A DNA stretch of 64,000 nucleotides from Felis catus (GCF_018350175.1 NC_058370.1:107198001-107262000); one strand, 5' to 3'. Counted from the stretch's first letter, positions 37,534 to 49,845 are shown. A program made the numbers and translations. The notes: generated from the sequence alone by a model not told the origin.

Positions 37534-38665
37534 GTCTAAAGACTTGGGGAGGAAGGGACATTGTCTACCTTCTGCTCACCCTCTTTCTTCTACATTCCTG
37601 TACTATTCCAGCAGGGATGGAGGAGGGGGAACACTTCTTGGGGCAAGGTTGCAACTCCTTCATGTTGGATCCTACTGCTGACCCATCCCATTGGGTATAT
37701 GCTTCGTGTGGTCAGGCAAAGTCCTTAACTGTTCCCACTGGGGAGGAACCGTTTCTTCAGCATCTTTTCCAGGCACGGAACAACTTCTGTGTGATTGGAT
37801 TACTGTTTTGGGTCTACAGCCCTATCTCATCTCCATGCTACAGCCCCACTTCTGAGACCACCACACCCCGTTTCTCCTTGGTGGTCTTTTCATCACCCCA
37901 GGACTTTATAATTCAAAAGCAAATTGGAGACAAGACTGGGAAATCAGGTATCAGTCTCTGCTTCTTACAGTCTTTAAAACAATTCCTTTGGGAGCCTCCT
38001 CTCATTATTCAAAGAGGAGGAACTTTTTGAGTACTGTCCTCCCACAACTCCTGACAGAGTACATAACACAATGTGCATAATTGCTTATTTGTATATATAC
38101 TACAATGCAGAAATTTTAACTTCAAGTAAACAGGTGGAAATATAGGAATCTTTTAGTTATGAAATACATTGTCAATTTCAGAATTGAACCAGAATTAATT
38201 TGTTCACTTCGGCTATCAATATTTCTTCTTATCTATAGGTGTAAGAGGGTAATTTGGGAAAGCATTTATGGAAGATATAAAAAGAACAGACTCTTCTAAA
38301 AATGGTCATCTTCCTGTAGTAGAAAATTGGGCAATTTGGTTAATGTCTCTTTTCTTCCTCAGTATGAAAGCCCAATTTTCTCATGTGTTCTCGATAATTC
38401 CTTATGTCTCACATGGTCTCTTTCTTAACAGTTACTTTTAAAAACTCAATAAATGATTGCATGAATAAATGATTTTTATCTGTGTATTGCTAGCAGGTAA
38501 CTACCAAATTTCAAGCCCATTTCCACAAAATACAAACTCACATCTGTTCTGACCATAAGATACTTTCTCTCACAGAAAAAGGAAAAAAAAAGTTTCCTTT
38601 ATTAATGCGATTTTATTTAAATAAGTTTATTAAAACTTAATTTTAATTTATAATCAAATGTATTA

Positions 38666-38791
38666 GGGGCGCATGAGTGACTCACTCAGTTAAGTGTCTG
38701 ACTCTTGATTTCAGCCCAGGTCATGATCTTACAGTTCATGAATTTGAGCCCTGTGTAGGGCTCTGTGCTGACAGCTTGGAGACTGCTTAGG

Positions 38792-38832
<41 letters not shown>

Positions 38833-38881
38833 GCCCCCTCTCCTGCTCTATCTCTCTCTCAAAGTAAATAAACATTAAAAA
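38666..38881 (+). mobile_element. Can-SINE with expanded (CT)n
   Basis: TSD aatcaaatgt(a/c)tta. Confidence 0.94.
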
Positions 38882-38927
38882 AATCAAATGTCTTAAATTT
38901 TTTGAATAAAATAAGTAAAATTTCACT

Positions 38928-39293
38928 GTTTTATTTTATTATTTTTTTCATTTTATTGTTTTAATTTACATCCAAATTAGTTAGCATATAGTGCAACAAT
39001 GATTTCAGGAGTAGATTCCCTAATGCCCCTTACCCATTTAGCCCTTCCCCGTTCCCACAACCCCTCCAGCGACCCTCTGTTCTCCATATTTAAGAGTCTC
39101 TTATGTTTTGTCCCCCTCCCTGTTTTTATATTATTTTTGTTTCCCTTCCCTTATGTTCATATGTTCTGTCTCTTAAAGTCCTCATATGAGTGAAGTAATA
39201 TGATACTTGTCTTTCTCTGACTGACTAATTTTGCTTAGCACAATACCCTCCAGTTCCATCCATGTAGTTGCAGATGGCAAGATTTCATTCTTT
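38928..39293 (-). mobile_element. Felid/carnivore L1 3' end (3'UTR plus ORF2 C-terminus), runs into gap
   Basis: Minus translation NEILPSATTWMELEGIVLSKISQSEKDKYHITSLI is the L1 ORF2 tail; T-rich tail at 38928. Confidence 0.93.
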
Positions 39294-39440
39294 NNNNNNN
39301 NNNNNNNNNNNNNNNNNNNNNNNNNNNNNNNNNNNNNNNNNNNNNNNNNNNNNNNNNNNNNNNNNNNNNNNNNNNNNNNNNNNNNNNNNNNNNNNNNNNN
39401 NNNNNNNNNNNNNNNNNNNNNNNNNNNNNNNNNNNNNNNN
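39294..39440. other. Assembly gap (147 N)
   Basis: N run. Confidence 1.
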
Positions 39441-39722
39441 CATAATAACATTTCACTTTAAAACAAAAGGATGAAGATCTAAACATCTAATACATGCTTT
39501 CCCTTTTAAAAATATATCTTACAATGCCAAGTATTGTTAGTGATCAATTAACACTAGATTTCTCCTAATGACAAATGTACAGCTTTTTAATTTGTGTCAG
39601 AATAAGGTTGTGTCACAAGAGATGTCAGAGACACATATGAAAAATCAAGCTAATTGGTTCTTCCGGAATCTTTTATCCAACAAACAAGACTGCTTTCAGC
39701 AAAACAGTGTTCTTCTGAGTGA

Positions 39723-39726
<4 letters not shown>

Positions 39727-39753
<27 letters not shown>
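39727..39753. repeat. (GT)n microsatellite
   Basis: Direct reading. Confidence 0.95.
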
Positions 39754-39754
<1 letters not shown>

Positions 39755-40080
39755 TCAAAAGACAAAAAATATTTGATTAAATGTTATGACTACATTCAGA
39801 GTTTCTTCATCTACTTTATATATTTCTAAAATAATATTAAAAGAAATTTTAGTTAAGAGGAAGTAAGAGGCTCTTTATAAAGGCCATACTTTGTCAAACT
39901 TGGCTCCATTTGGCTTTCCCAACAGTAGATGTAAATGTCTGACAATTTACTAGTGGAGTGGCTGTAAGGGTGGGGTGAGGGGGTTAGGATCTTTTCACCT
40001 GCTCTCTACTTACAAGTCAGATATAAGTCATAGAAAGAAGACCAGATACTCTCAGTTTCCCATATCCTATTAAAAAAGGC

Positions 40081-40293
40081 AGCCATCCTCATCAAGGGGG
40101 TCAGGCAGTGGGAACAGTAACACTAAGGTGCAAAAAATAGGGGACTCATTGTTTGTGGAGAATTTTAAAAAAATAATAAAACTGAGGGTTGTCTACTCTT
40201 TATTATCACCATGCACCATCCCAGGGATGAAATACTCTCCTTGCCTGTTGGGCCAGATGACCCCCCACCCCCACCCCTTTAGTATACACACTT
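40081..40293 (+). mobile_element. hAT-Tip100 MITE (MER97-like)
   Basis: gcagtgggaacag...cattgtttgtggagaattttaaaaaaataataaaactga...ttattatcaccatgcacc...ccctttagtatacacact. Confidence 0.65.
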
Positions 40294-41989
40294 AAAGGAG
40301 ACTTGTTTCCTAGAATACTAACAGCCTTACAGAAATCATATGTGTTCCAATTGGAACTATCCAGAAGGCTTCCTCTGAAAGTGAAAACTCAGTGATTTAA
40401 AAAAATACTGGGCTGGGGAAGGAGCAGTAGTAATGAGACTCTGCTGAAGTTCTCAGCCAAGGAGAAAGATAAACATATTCTTCCTTTGTTTTCCAGTCAT
40501 CGCTTAGAGTCCCCGTACTGGTTGGGGCCTACTGTGAAATGACTGCGATCATCTCCTTACTGGTCTCTTTATCCTTGACCATGTTCACTTTGACACATTT
40601 CATACCCTCCTCAAGATGTACCTTTAGGAAGTGCTTCTCTGGCTCTAGCCCTCATGTGCTCAAAAATTTTCAGAGTCTGATTCTCACTGTGGAGTTGAAT
40701 TCCTAGAGGTATCCAATTCATGTTTTTAACTCCCACAGGACTTAGTTCATGGCACTGAATGGAGTAGTCACTTACTATTTGCTGCCCGAATGATTTACAA
40801 ATTCCGCCAGTAAATCTGCAAAGTTTCTTTACATGATTGCCCCATAATAAGGCATGCTCCATTAATTTGCATCATTTATTCAACACATATGTATTGATCA
40901 TCTATTTTGAGTTAGGTTGGCATTTTGCTGTGAATAATTTCCATATCAAATCTGGTTTTCTTTGAGCAATTTCTAGATGCAGAGATTTTTTTTTTTGACA
41001 TAAGAAACAGGAAGACAAAAACCAAATGTCTCTTAAGATCTGTAAGATACATAAATCAAGTCTCTTTTTTAGGCTTCAAATCTATCATCATTCATTTTGA
41101 AAGAGGGCAGTACATGGGTCATACTCTGTGTTACCCTATGAGCTGCTAAGTAGATGTGAAACTCAGTATTTAAGATCTGGCCAATTGAAGACAATTAAGG
41201 TTAAATAAAGTCAGAAAAAAATTAGAAGTCAGCTATTATTTTCATGTGTTTTTGCAAATTCGCAGATGATGATTTACCAGTAATTAGATATTTAGCCACA
41301 GTTAAGATTTGTGTTTGTAAACGTGTGCGTTTGTGTAAGAGTGTTGTGTGTGTGAGCTCAATATGTGTGTGTGTGTGTGTGTGTGCTATATGTATTTTGT
41401 GATCTCAGATAAGAATGTAGAAAGAAGGATACAGGAGGTGTGACAAACTCATGGGAGGAAGCACTAGAACCATCGGTAACTACACATATGTTATTCCCTT
41501 CCCTCCTCACCAGTGCTGTTGACTTTGTGATCAGAGGTCTGACAGCTCTCTTATGTAAAGTTTGCCATCCAGTTGTATGAAGTCACCATCCTTTAAATAA
41601 AAACCGAAGGGACACTCAGAATTCTTGCAGCAGCTCTGCCTTAGAAGAAATACAGGCATTTTATGTGCAACCTCTGGGAGCTGTCTTTCTGGAACAACTC
41701 TTGGATTTACTTCAGACGAATATGCACCTGAACGCACAGGTGCAAACCACGTGTCTGTGTCTCTGCAACTAGTCCTGATAATGCCCAGCTACTTTGAGGT
41801 GGGAATTTCTGAAAGAGCCTCAGCTCAAGGCAGATCAACTCAAATGATCAAGCGAACAAAACACTGTACTCTATCAATTCGTTTGTTTGGGACTGTCAAA
41901 AAAAGGGATCGCACGGTCAATAGGAAATTCCAACTTCATTGAGGTGTCTGTGAAACTGACCACCTAAACTTGTGCTTGCTTCCTGAAGT

Positions 41990-42240
41990 CACGATCTTGA
42001 TTGCCTTGTTTCATTTCCTCCATAGCAGTATCTCCATCTGATACCCTATTATGTGTCCATTTGTTTATGTGGCCTCCCGCCTCTTCTTTTTGTAGTAGTA
42101 TGTCAGTCCCCCCAGGATGGGAAAGTTAACTGATGTTTTCTCCATTGTATCTCAGATCTGGGACGGTGCCTGGCTCAGAGTAGGCTTTCATCAATAGTTG
42201 TTGAATGAACACATAAAGGAATGAATGAAATAATGAATTA
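41990..42240 (+). mobile_element. L2 3' end
   Basis: ggacggtgcctggctcagagtaggctttcatcaatagttgttgaatgaa. Confidence 0.78.
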
Positions 42241-43159
42241 ACATGACTATTTTTAACTGCATTTTATTTGTCTCTGCCCCTCCTCACTTTTTGCCTTTAG
42301 TAAGAGTTGCTTGATGACTGACTCTGAACATATCAGAGAATTCACAGATTCCTTGATTCTTGAAAAATAATATATGAAAAAACAAGCACATATCCATAAA
42401 TTATATGCCTAAAGAGCCTCTCTTAACAGGAAATAAGAGATTCTCTGACATTCTTACAAAGTGGGCCAAATGAGCTTATAAGTAATTCCTGAGATAATTG
42501 ACAAAGGGTCAGTTTACAGGCGCACGCCTGAGGCTTGGTCAGATTGCCATCTCTGTGTGGTCTGGCCTCCTGCAATGTCACAGACAATCTGTCTGTCATC
42601 ACAGAGCAGGTGGCCAGGCAGGACTGTGGGTGTGGATATGGTGACATGTCAGTTGCTAACCAGGGCCTGCACTATAGCTACAAGGAGATGATTGCTATTG
42701 AGTTGCAATTTGCACTGGACAGGGGCCAAAGAGTTTACTTTACCCTAGAACCAAAACCCATCTTCTGTCCACACAGGCCAGTCCTTTACAGGGGACAATA
42801 TGTGCTTTATTAATTCATCTACCATATACCCAAACTGCTCTAGATGCTGGGGATTGAGTGTTCAACAAAACAGAAAGAGGCCACGCAGCCAATGGACTCA
42901 GTTTTCTTGATCATCTCTTCTAATCTGCTTGTATATTTTTGTCAGGTCAATTACAAAACTCACTTATGCCCCTTAGAGATGTAAAAGGCCCTCAAACATT
43001 TGCAAGCTCTCTTAAGTTTCCAAGAGGAGTCCCTATTTTTATATTCTGTTAAATACCAATGTTTGATGGAATAGCAGACTACAAGCAGCATTGTGGCAGA
43101 TGTAAAGGGATTTTTTTGTTTCACTTGTCCTTACCACTAATTACCTATTTGATCTTAGG

Positions 43160-43318
43160 CCAGTGGTTCTCAGCTCTGGCTGAAACTTAGAACCACTCAG
43201 GGAACTTAAAACATTTCCAGGGCCTATATTCCACTTCCAACCAATGAGAACAGAATCTCCAAGAGTGGGTCTGGGCTTAAGTATACTTAATGGATACTTA
43301 TGTGTAGCCGGGGTTGGG
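43160..43318. mobile_element. MER5-family MITE inserted in a MIR
   Basis: cagtggttctcagctctggctg...tagaaccactcagggaactt...gtgtagccggggttgg; MIR core on both sides. Confidence 0.75.
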
Positions 43319-43719
43319 TAAATCTGTTTGAACTATCTCAGTCTGTAAAATGAGGGTAATCGTAACTCCCTCATTGGTTCCTAAGGATTCCGTAAACACA
43401 AGTTAGGTTGTATATGGCAAATGATTTCAATAGCTACACAAATGACATTTATTTTGGTATACACGCTCAAAAAACGTTAAGCAAATCCAAAGACGGTTAA
43501 GCTTTTTGAGTGACAGGATAAGATTTTAAAAGAAAAGTTAAATAGAATGTAGCTTTGGAACTTTTCCTGCTCATGATTGGTAGACTCTAGGCCATACTAG
43601 AAAAGATTCTGAATTTTTAGAGACAAAGGCATATAGTTTCATTATTTCCAGATACTTCTGGTGGTAGCAGAATCGGCATCTTAAAAACCATGGATGAAGA
43701 CATCCGTAAGTTCAGTCTA

Positions 43720-44065
43720 TGTCCTTCTTAGGTATCTTTGCTGTCACCATTTTCAAGGGCTACTGTCTGGACACTTTGGTAACTGCTAAAACATTGGTGG
43801 TTCTCAGAATATTCTGGCCAGCAATCGAAGATGCAGTAAGGGAGCTATATGTCATAGATGATGCTTTAGAAAAGAGATTTACTGAAAAAAGCTGAAGTGT
43901 AATCTCGCAGGGACATTGCTTCGGAACTGGATTGATGAGATTGCAAGGAACAGCTTGCTGGTACAGAGTACCCTGGAGGCTTTGATCTTGAATCTCTGTT
44001 GGTAGAGAGTCCTTGAATCAACACTGAGGAAAGTTTGTGCAAACTTAGTGAAGAAGTTTATGTCC
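43720..44065 (+). pseudogene. Putative degenerate Ty3/Gypsy-like integrase fragment (MamGyp-int-like fossil)
   Basis: Ordered, frameshifted motifs: HFQGLLSGHFG / TAKTLVVLRIFWPAIEDAVRE / CHR* ... TEYP/EALIL ... LVES/LNQ/TLRK. Confidence 0.4.
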
Positions 44066-44152
44066 TGCAGGTTAAGTTCATCTGTTAATAAAATTGATGT
44101 GATAAGCAAAATTTTCATTGTAGTGGAATTTGTTTAAAATGACTCTATTGGA

Positions 44153-44375
44153 GGGGCACCTGGGTGGCTCAGTCGGTTGAGCGTCCGACTTCAGCTCAGG
44201 TCACGATCTCGCGGTCTATGAGTTCGAGCCCCGCGTCAGGCTCTGGGCTGATGGCTCAGAGCCTGGAGCCTGCTTCCGATTCTGTGGCTCCCTCTCTCTC
44301 TGCCCCTCCCCCGTTTATGCTCTGTCTCTCTCTGTCTCAAAAATAAATAAACGTTTAAAAAAATAAAAAAAAAAG
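44153..44375 (+). mobile_element. Can-SINE (SINEC_Fc)
   Basis: Perfect TSD aaaatgactctattgga (44136-44152, 44376-44392). Confidence 0.97.
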
Positions 44376-45539
44376 AAAATGACTCTATTGGAAATCATAC
44401 CCTCAGATTATCACAGAGATGGGATCAAGTTAATACCCAGACCTAAAGGAAAAGAAATACTGTGATCCAGTAAGAATGTTGTTTTGTTTTGGAAAGCAAA
44501 TTAGTGCCCAGGGACAGAGTTTGTTTTGCCAGAAATTTCTTTGAAGCAGATTCACTGCGGGAATGTCACAAGTCAATAGCATACAGGATGCCTCTTAATA
44601 AAGAATAACATGCCTCCAATGAAGAAATAATACACTCCAAATCGATGATTGATTAATCACACTATTGTTCCAGGCAAGAGGAAAGGAAAGGAATAAAGTC
44701 CACATTCACTTCAGTTGTACCTTTATAGGAGTTGGCACTTGGGAGAGATGGGTTAGCCCACTGCGAGCTGATGTCCAGCTGTCAGTGCAAAAGTAAAAGT
44801 TCCCTGTTGCTAGACCACGTTGCTAGGGAACGGTAGTTCTGGTGTTGATGGGCAAGATGATCTTTGCAAGGGCTGCTGGATGGTTTTCATCACTGCCAGT
44901 AAGAATCGCCTTTACCAAGGCAGGAGCTAATGCCCCAAGGTCTTTGGAGAGCTATTTTAGATGAGCAAGGAGTTGCCTTGCCCAGACCGAACACTCTCAG
45001 ATAGTCCTTACAAACTCTCCGGTATTTATAGTCTAAATGCCCATTTGCCTTAGTTGTTTTTTGTATGTTTTTATCCAGAAGCCTCTCGGGGGCCCTCAGC
45101 AGCTGAGCTGCTGAGTTCTTATTGGTGAGAAGAGATGAGATGATGATATCCTGACACAATTTCCTTCATTCTTATATCAGAACAACTTTACTTCTAAAAG
45201 CAACTTTTTTTTTTTGGTCTTTGTCATAAACAAGTGGATTTGAAATCGTGTCAAACCAATATAACAAATGTGGTGCCCCTTTTATCCAACATATAACTAC
45301 ACTCTGTACTTAAGACAAAATTGGAAAGTACACAACAGCTTCTTTCATTACAGTGAATGAAAGTACTCTTATACTGTAGAGCATCCGTCTTCCTGGATTT
45401 ATTTATTGTATAGAATTCTGGATAGTACAAATGATAGCGTGATCATTATTGATAATGAGATGGCCTGATTATGTAGAACCCAATTATATAGACACTTTTT
45501 TTCTTACTTTATGAATATCATTTTTATGGAACTTTACCA

Positions 45540-45775
45540 ACAATAGTATAACATGGGCATCGTTTATTAAATAATTACTACGATCAGGAACTATGTCAAG
45601 CATATTATATACATTTCATCCTTCCTATGGCTCCTTTAAAGATATTTTTACCATCTAGATTTTCCAGGCAAAGATACTGTGACTTGGAGAGGATAAAGAA
45701 CTTCCGCAAGACTACACAGCCAGTGATGAGATTCAAACCCAGATATTCTGACTCTAAATCCTTAACTCTTAACCA
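45540..45775 (-). mobile_element. MIR SINE
   Basis: gagaggataaagaacttccgcaagactacacagcc...gagattcaaacccagatattctgactctaaa. Confidence 0.8.
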
Positions 45776-46685
45776 GTTTTTGTTCTTTACTGATCCACTA
45801 ATTGCTCTAGCTAATGATTCTGCCATGGAGTTACTCACTGGTCACCTTATCATTGGTAAAACTGTGGGACACTGACTAGGTAATATCCTTAATGTAATAA
45901 GGTGCAGAAATGGAGAACAAAAGTGTCAGGATTTGGTCCAAGCCAAATCCTTGACTATAAATTGCTCAAATGTGGAAGTGCAGGTCCCTGATCCAAACAC
46001 TGTGAGCCGTTCAGAGGAAGTAGGCGATCTGCCAGTGAAGGAATTATGGGTTATAAGTTTGAGTCTACTGGGGAGGTTGCTCCCACCCAGCAGCAGGGTC
46101 CACTTACTGGATGGAATTCACAGGGTGGTGCTCAACTAGTCAAAACAAAACAGAGAAGTAAAAGTTTACTTGCAGGAACAAGATCCCAGTGAGGAGGAAC
46201 GATAGCACTTAGAAGTCAACAAAAAGTCCCTGCAGTCATCCCTGAATCAAAGCCCTGTTTCCAAAGGAAACCCAAAGCGCATATGTTGCCAGTGGTCCAC
46301 CTGAAGTTCCTAGATGTGGGAGAGTGGCCAAGGCTAAGCTCTGCTTGCTGATTAGGCTCAGGAGACTATACTATTTGTTTCTTATGTAGAAATCGGTATC
46401 AGACTGAGCCCAAGAATGAGCAGGTAGTTGAGTGTGAAGGCCGGCACAGTAGGAAACGAGGTGGGGAATGACTGCCTCCAAATTAACGCCCTGGAGAAGA
46501 CCCAAGACTAGAAAAACAACAATGGTACCTCTGACCTAAGTGATTCAAAGTAAAAATGAAAGATATTACAATTTGTTTACTTTTGTATACTTGTGTACTT
46601 GTATACAACTCATGTACTTGTTTTCCTTATGAGGAAAGATTATTGAGGGTTCTAGTAAAATATTAAACATTAAAAATAAGTTTTG

Positions 46686-46884
46686 GGGGCACCTGGGTGG
46701 CTCCATCGGTTAAGGGTCCGACTTCTGCTCAGGTCATGATCTTGTGGTTTGTGAGTTCGAGCCCCGCGTTGGGCTGACAGCTCAGAGCCTGGAGCCTGCT
46801 TCCGATTCTGTGTCTCGCCGTCTCTCAGCCCCTCCCTTGCTCCTGCTCTGTCTCTCTATAATAAATATGTGTTTAAAAAAATTA
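46686..46884 (+). mobile_element. Can-SINE with small internal deletion
   Basis: ggggcacctgggtggctcc head; degenerate TSD aaaaa(t/c)aa(g/a)ttttg. Confidence 0.93.
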
Positions 46885-48084
46885 AAAAACAAATTTTGGT
46901 AGCCCTGATCATATGTCCAATTTCTCTGTAGACTGGATGAAAAAATAGGGCCTATTCACATTTATACTTGGTCTGAGAATAAGTTTGCTAAAAGATCTCC
47001 TGAAGGTTGGAAGGGAATTGGTTCACGAAAATCAGAACCATCTTGAGAATATATCAAATCTTAGTGATTTCCCTGTGGAGTACCCAGACAGTCATACCAT
47101 ACTGCTTTGGATACATAACATTAGCAATCCATAACCAAGCTCAATGAAAAGAATGGAAATCCATATTCAAGATTACAATTAAGAAATACTATTGGCATTG
47201 GAATGTAAATCACCACCTTCCTACATACAATAGTTCTTTCCAAAGCCACAGCCTGCAGAAACCACTCAATTTCCTTACCTTAAGCCTTGTGCCAGTGATG
47301 TAGCCTTTGATAATTCTTGCAATAAAAATCCAGTCATGTATGACATTTTGGAGGGAGCAAAAGGTTTGATTTGCCTTCGGGCCCTGGAACCCCTGTAAAG
47401 ATGCCTTTAATGAGAAATAAAAAGCAAAAAAAAAAAAAAAGAAGAAGAAGAACAATAAAAATATTTAGTATTCAGAAATGGGGCCAAATCAAAAAAGGGT
47501 GCCAAATCACTGGGTCCTAGGCTGCCTTTTAATGGCGTTAGGTAAAGAGAGGACCTTAATGTAGATTTTTTCTCCCCAAAATTCAAATTAACCTAGTATC
47601 AGACTAGATTGGGAAAAAAAGACTAGATTGGGGGAAAAAAGTGTCCTTCAGTTAGCCTGGTCCTGTTTCCTGGGGGGTGGAGTCTTTAGTTACATGCTTT
47701 GCTCTGTGTCATTTAGAAAGCAGTGGCTTTTCTCTCCAAGTCCCTTTCATTGAGTGTGAGCCAAATGTCTGCCTCTCACACTCCCTTGAAATCAGTACCC
47801 TAAGTAATTTTTGGCTAAGGACATACTCTTACACAGAGGTAGTGACCTTCTGTGTCTCCCCACATGTCATTCTGTTTACACCCACTAGTCAGTGCAGTCT
47901 AACAAAAAGTCTGTGGAGAGTCAAGAACATTTTAACTTCTAGCAAGGCAAGGACAATGTTGCTTGGGGAGAATGGTTCCTGGGAACATACGAGACAAGAA
48001 GCTTGGTTTCCTCCGCGAAGCTGTGCACCCCTGACTGTTGGATCCATGCAGAACACCCTTGTTAATTAAATCACCGTCCTCATT

Positions 48085-48830
48085 CAGGCGGTACCGACAC
48101 CACTGGTAAGTTTGCTAGAAATGCAGATCCTAGGCCTACATAAGAAACCGCAATCCCTAGGTTAGATTCAAATGCACATTCAAGGTTGAGGGCTAGTGGC
48201 CCGGAACAGTGGCTCTCAACCTCGGTTACTTGTAGGNNNNNNNNNNNNNNNNNNNNNNNNNNNNNNNNNNNNNNNNNNNNNNNNNNNNNNNNNNNNNNNN
48301 NNNNNNNNNNNNNNNNNNNNNNNNNNNNNNNNNNNNNNNNNNNNNNNNNNNNNNNNNNNNNNNNNNGTCCTACCCCCAGAGATTCCAAGTTAATCAGTCT
48401 GGGGTGTGGCCTAAGCACTGGGAGTTTTAAAAGCTCCCCAGGTGATTCTGAAGTGCAGGCAGGGTTGAGAGCCACTGGCCTCATACTCAAGCTGTGGGGT
48501 TCCTGGAGTCAGATTCTCCTTCCCCCCCCCCGTGGCCTGGCTGCCACAGAACTGACAGTAAGTAGCGGGGAGAACCCTGCTAAGGACTGAACTTTCTCCC
48601 TGGTGCTCTTTTCCTCTCACCTTGTCCATACAGCTGCCCCTCACCCCACCCCATCCCCAACCGCCCGGACTGCACCAGCGGTGGATGTCCACGGGGGCTT
48701 TAAACACACAAGCTTGGAGTCTCTCTTGAGAACTTCAACATCAGAGTCTGGAGATGGGACGCTGAAATCTGCATTTTTAACAAGCTTCCCAGGTGTGTCT
48801 GATGTGGGGCCAGGTTTGTGAACTCCACAG
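48085..48830. mobile_element. Cluster of MER5-family MITEs (clearest copy 48207-48477)
   Basis: TIRs cagtggctctcaacc/ggttgagagccactg; tagaaatgcagatcctagg; aatctgcatttttaacaagcttcccaggtg. Confidence 0.78.
48237..48366. other. Assembly gap (130 N)
   Basis: N run. Confidence 1.
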
Positions 48831-49665
48831 TGGGTCTAGCCTTTCATCCTGCCAAGTCATTAAGGATTTGAAAGGATGAATGAGCTGTCAAGAGAGCAAG
48901 GGCCTGGTGCAATGCTCCTTTATTAATTATGGCGAAGTGATGTATTGGCAATGATAATGCTTCTCTTGGAAAGGCCAATGAATGGTTCGTCGATTGCTGC
49001 ATTAGATTTTTCTCAACTCAACCTTACCGCTCAGCTCTTACTCCTCTCTGTAGTTGAAAAGCTGCACGGCTTTCACGTTAAACAGCTTCTTGGTCTTCAT
49101 TCCCAGGTGAGCTGCAATCTTTGAGAGAAACAGCCACACGGAGAATCCTTCAGAGATCTTGGCTGGGGACCACCTCTCCCCTCACCCCCATGCCCTTAGC
49201 TGCTTGTGTCAGCAGCTTCTAGCCACGGTACTGCTGTGCACGTCTACATGTAGGAAAAACACAATGAGGGGGTAAGAGAAAATCATTGATGCAACCCCAC
49301 ATCCCTTTGCTAAACGAGAGCTTCCTTCAGCACAAGGGATAGAAGGCGGAGGAAGAGAGATACATCTGGAGTAACAATTTCAGAGGTGAGAAATGGGCAG
49401 GCAAGTCGGGGTTAGGGTTCTGCCTTGCGGGGAGAGGCGAGGAAGGTTGAAAAGAAAAGTTGCAGCGCCCGTCTGCGCGTGTAATCGATGGGCTGGGTGC
49501 CCGAGAGAGCGCTAGCGCGCGGCCGGAACGCACTGCGGGGCCGAGGGCCGGGACCAAACCGAGAAACCTTGGCGGCGGCGGAGGCCGGGAGGGCTCGCCG
49601 CCCGCCCGGGGCGGCACCAACCCGCCGGCTCTTCCCCCGGGCGGTCCCCGAGGGCGCCGGGGCCC

Positions 49666-49845
49666 NNNNNNNNNNNNNNNNNNNNNNNNNNNNNNNNNNN
49701 NNNNNNNNNNNNNNNNNNNNNNNNNNNNNNNNNNNNNNNNNNNNNNNNNNNNNNNNNNNNNNNNNNNNNNNNNNNNNNNNNNNNNNNNNNNNNNNNNNNN
49801 NNNNNNNNNNNNNNNNNNNNNNNNNNNNNNNNNNNNNNNNNNNNN
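49666..49845. other. Assembly gap (180 N) inside CpG island
   Basis: N run; may hide the true TSS. Confidence 1.

Noticed and set aside
41531-41737. Minus ORF with CCKNSECPFGFYLKDGDFIQLDGKLY, superficially LIM-like
   Set aside because: Zinc-ligand spacing is wrong and there are no convincing splice signals.
44405-44440. HRD(W)DQ/LIP resembling the integrase WD..LP motif
   Set aside because: Needs two frameshifts and lies about 90 nt too far from the preceding motif; not counted as evidence.
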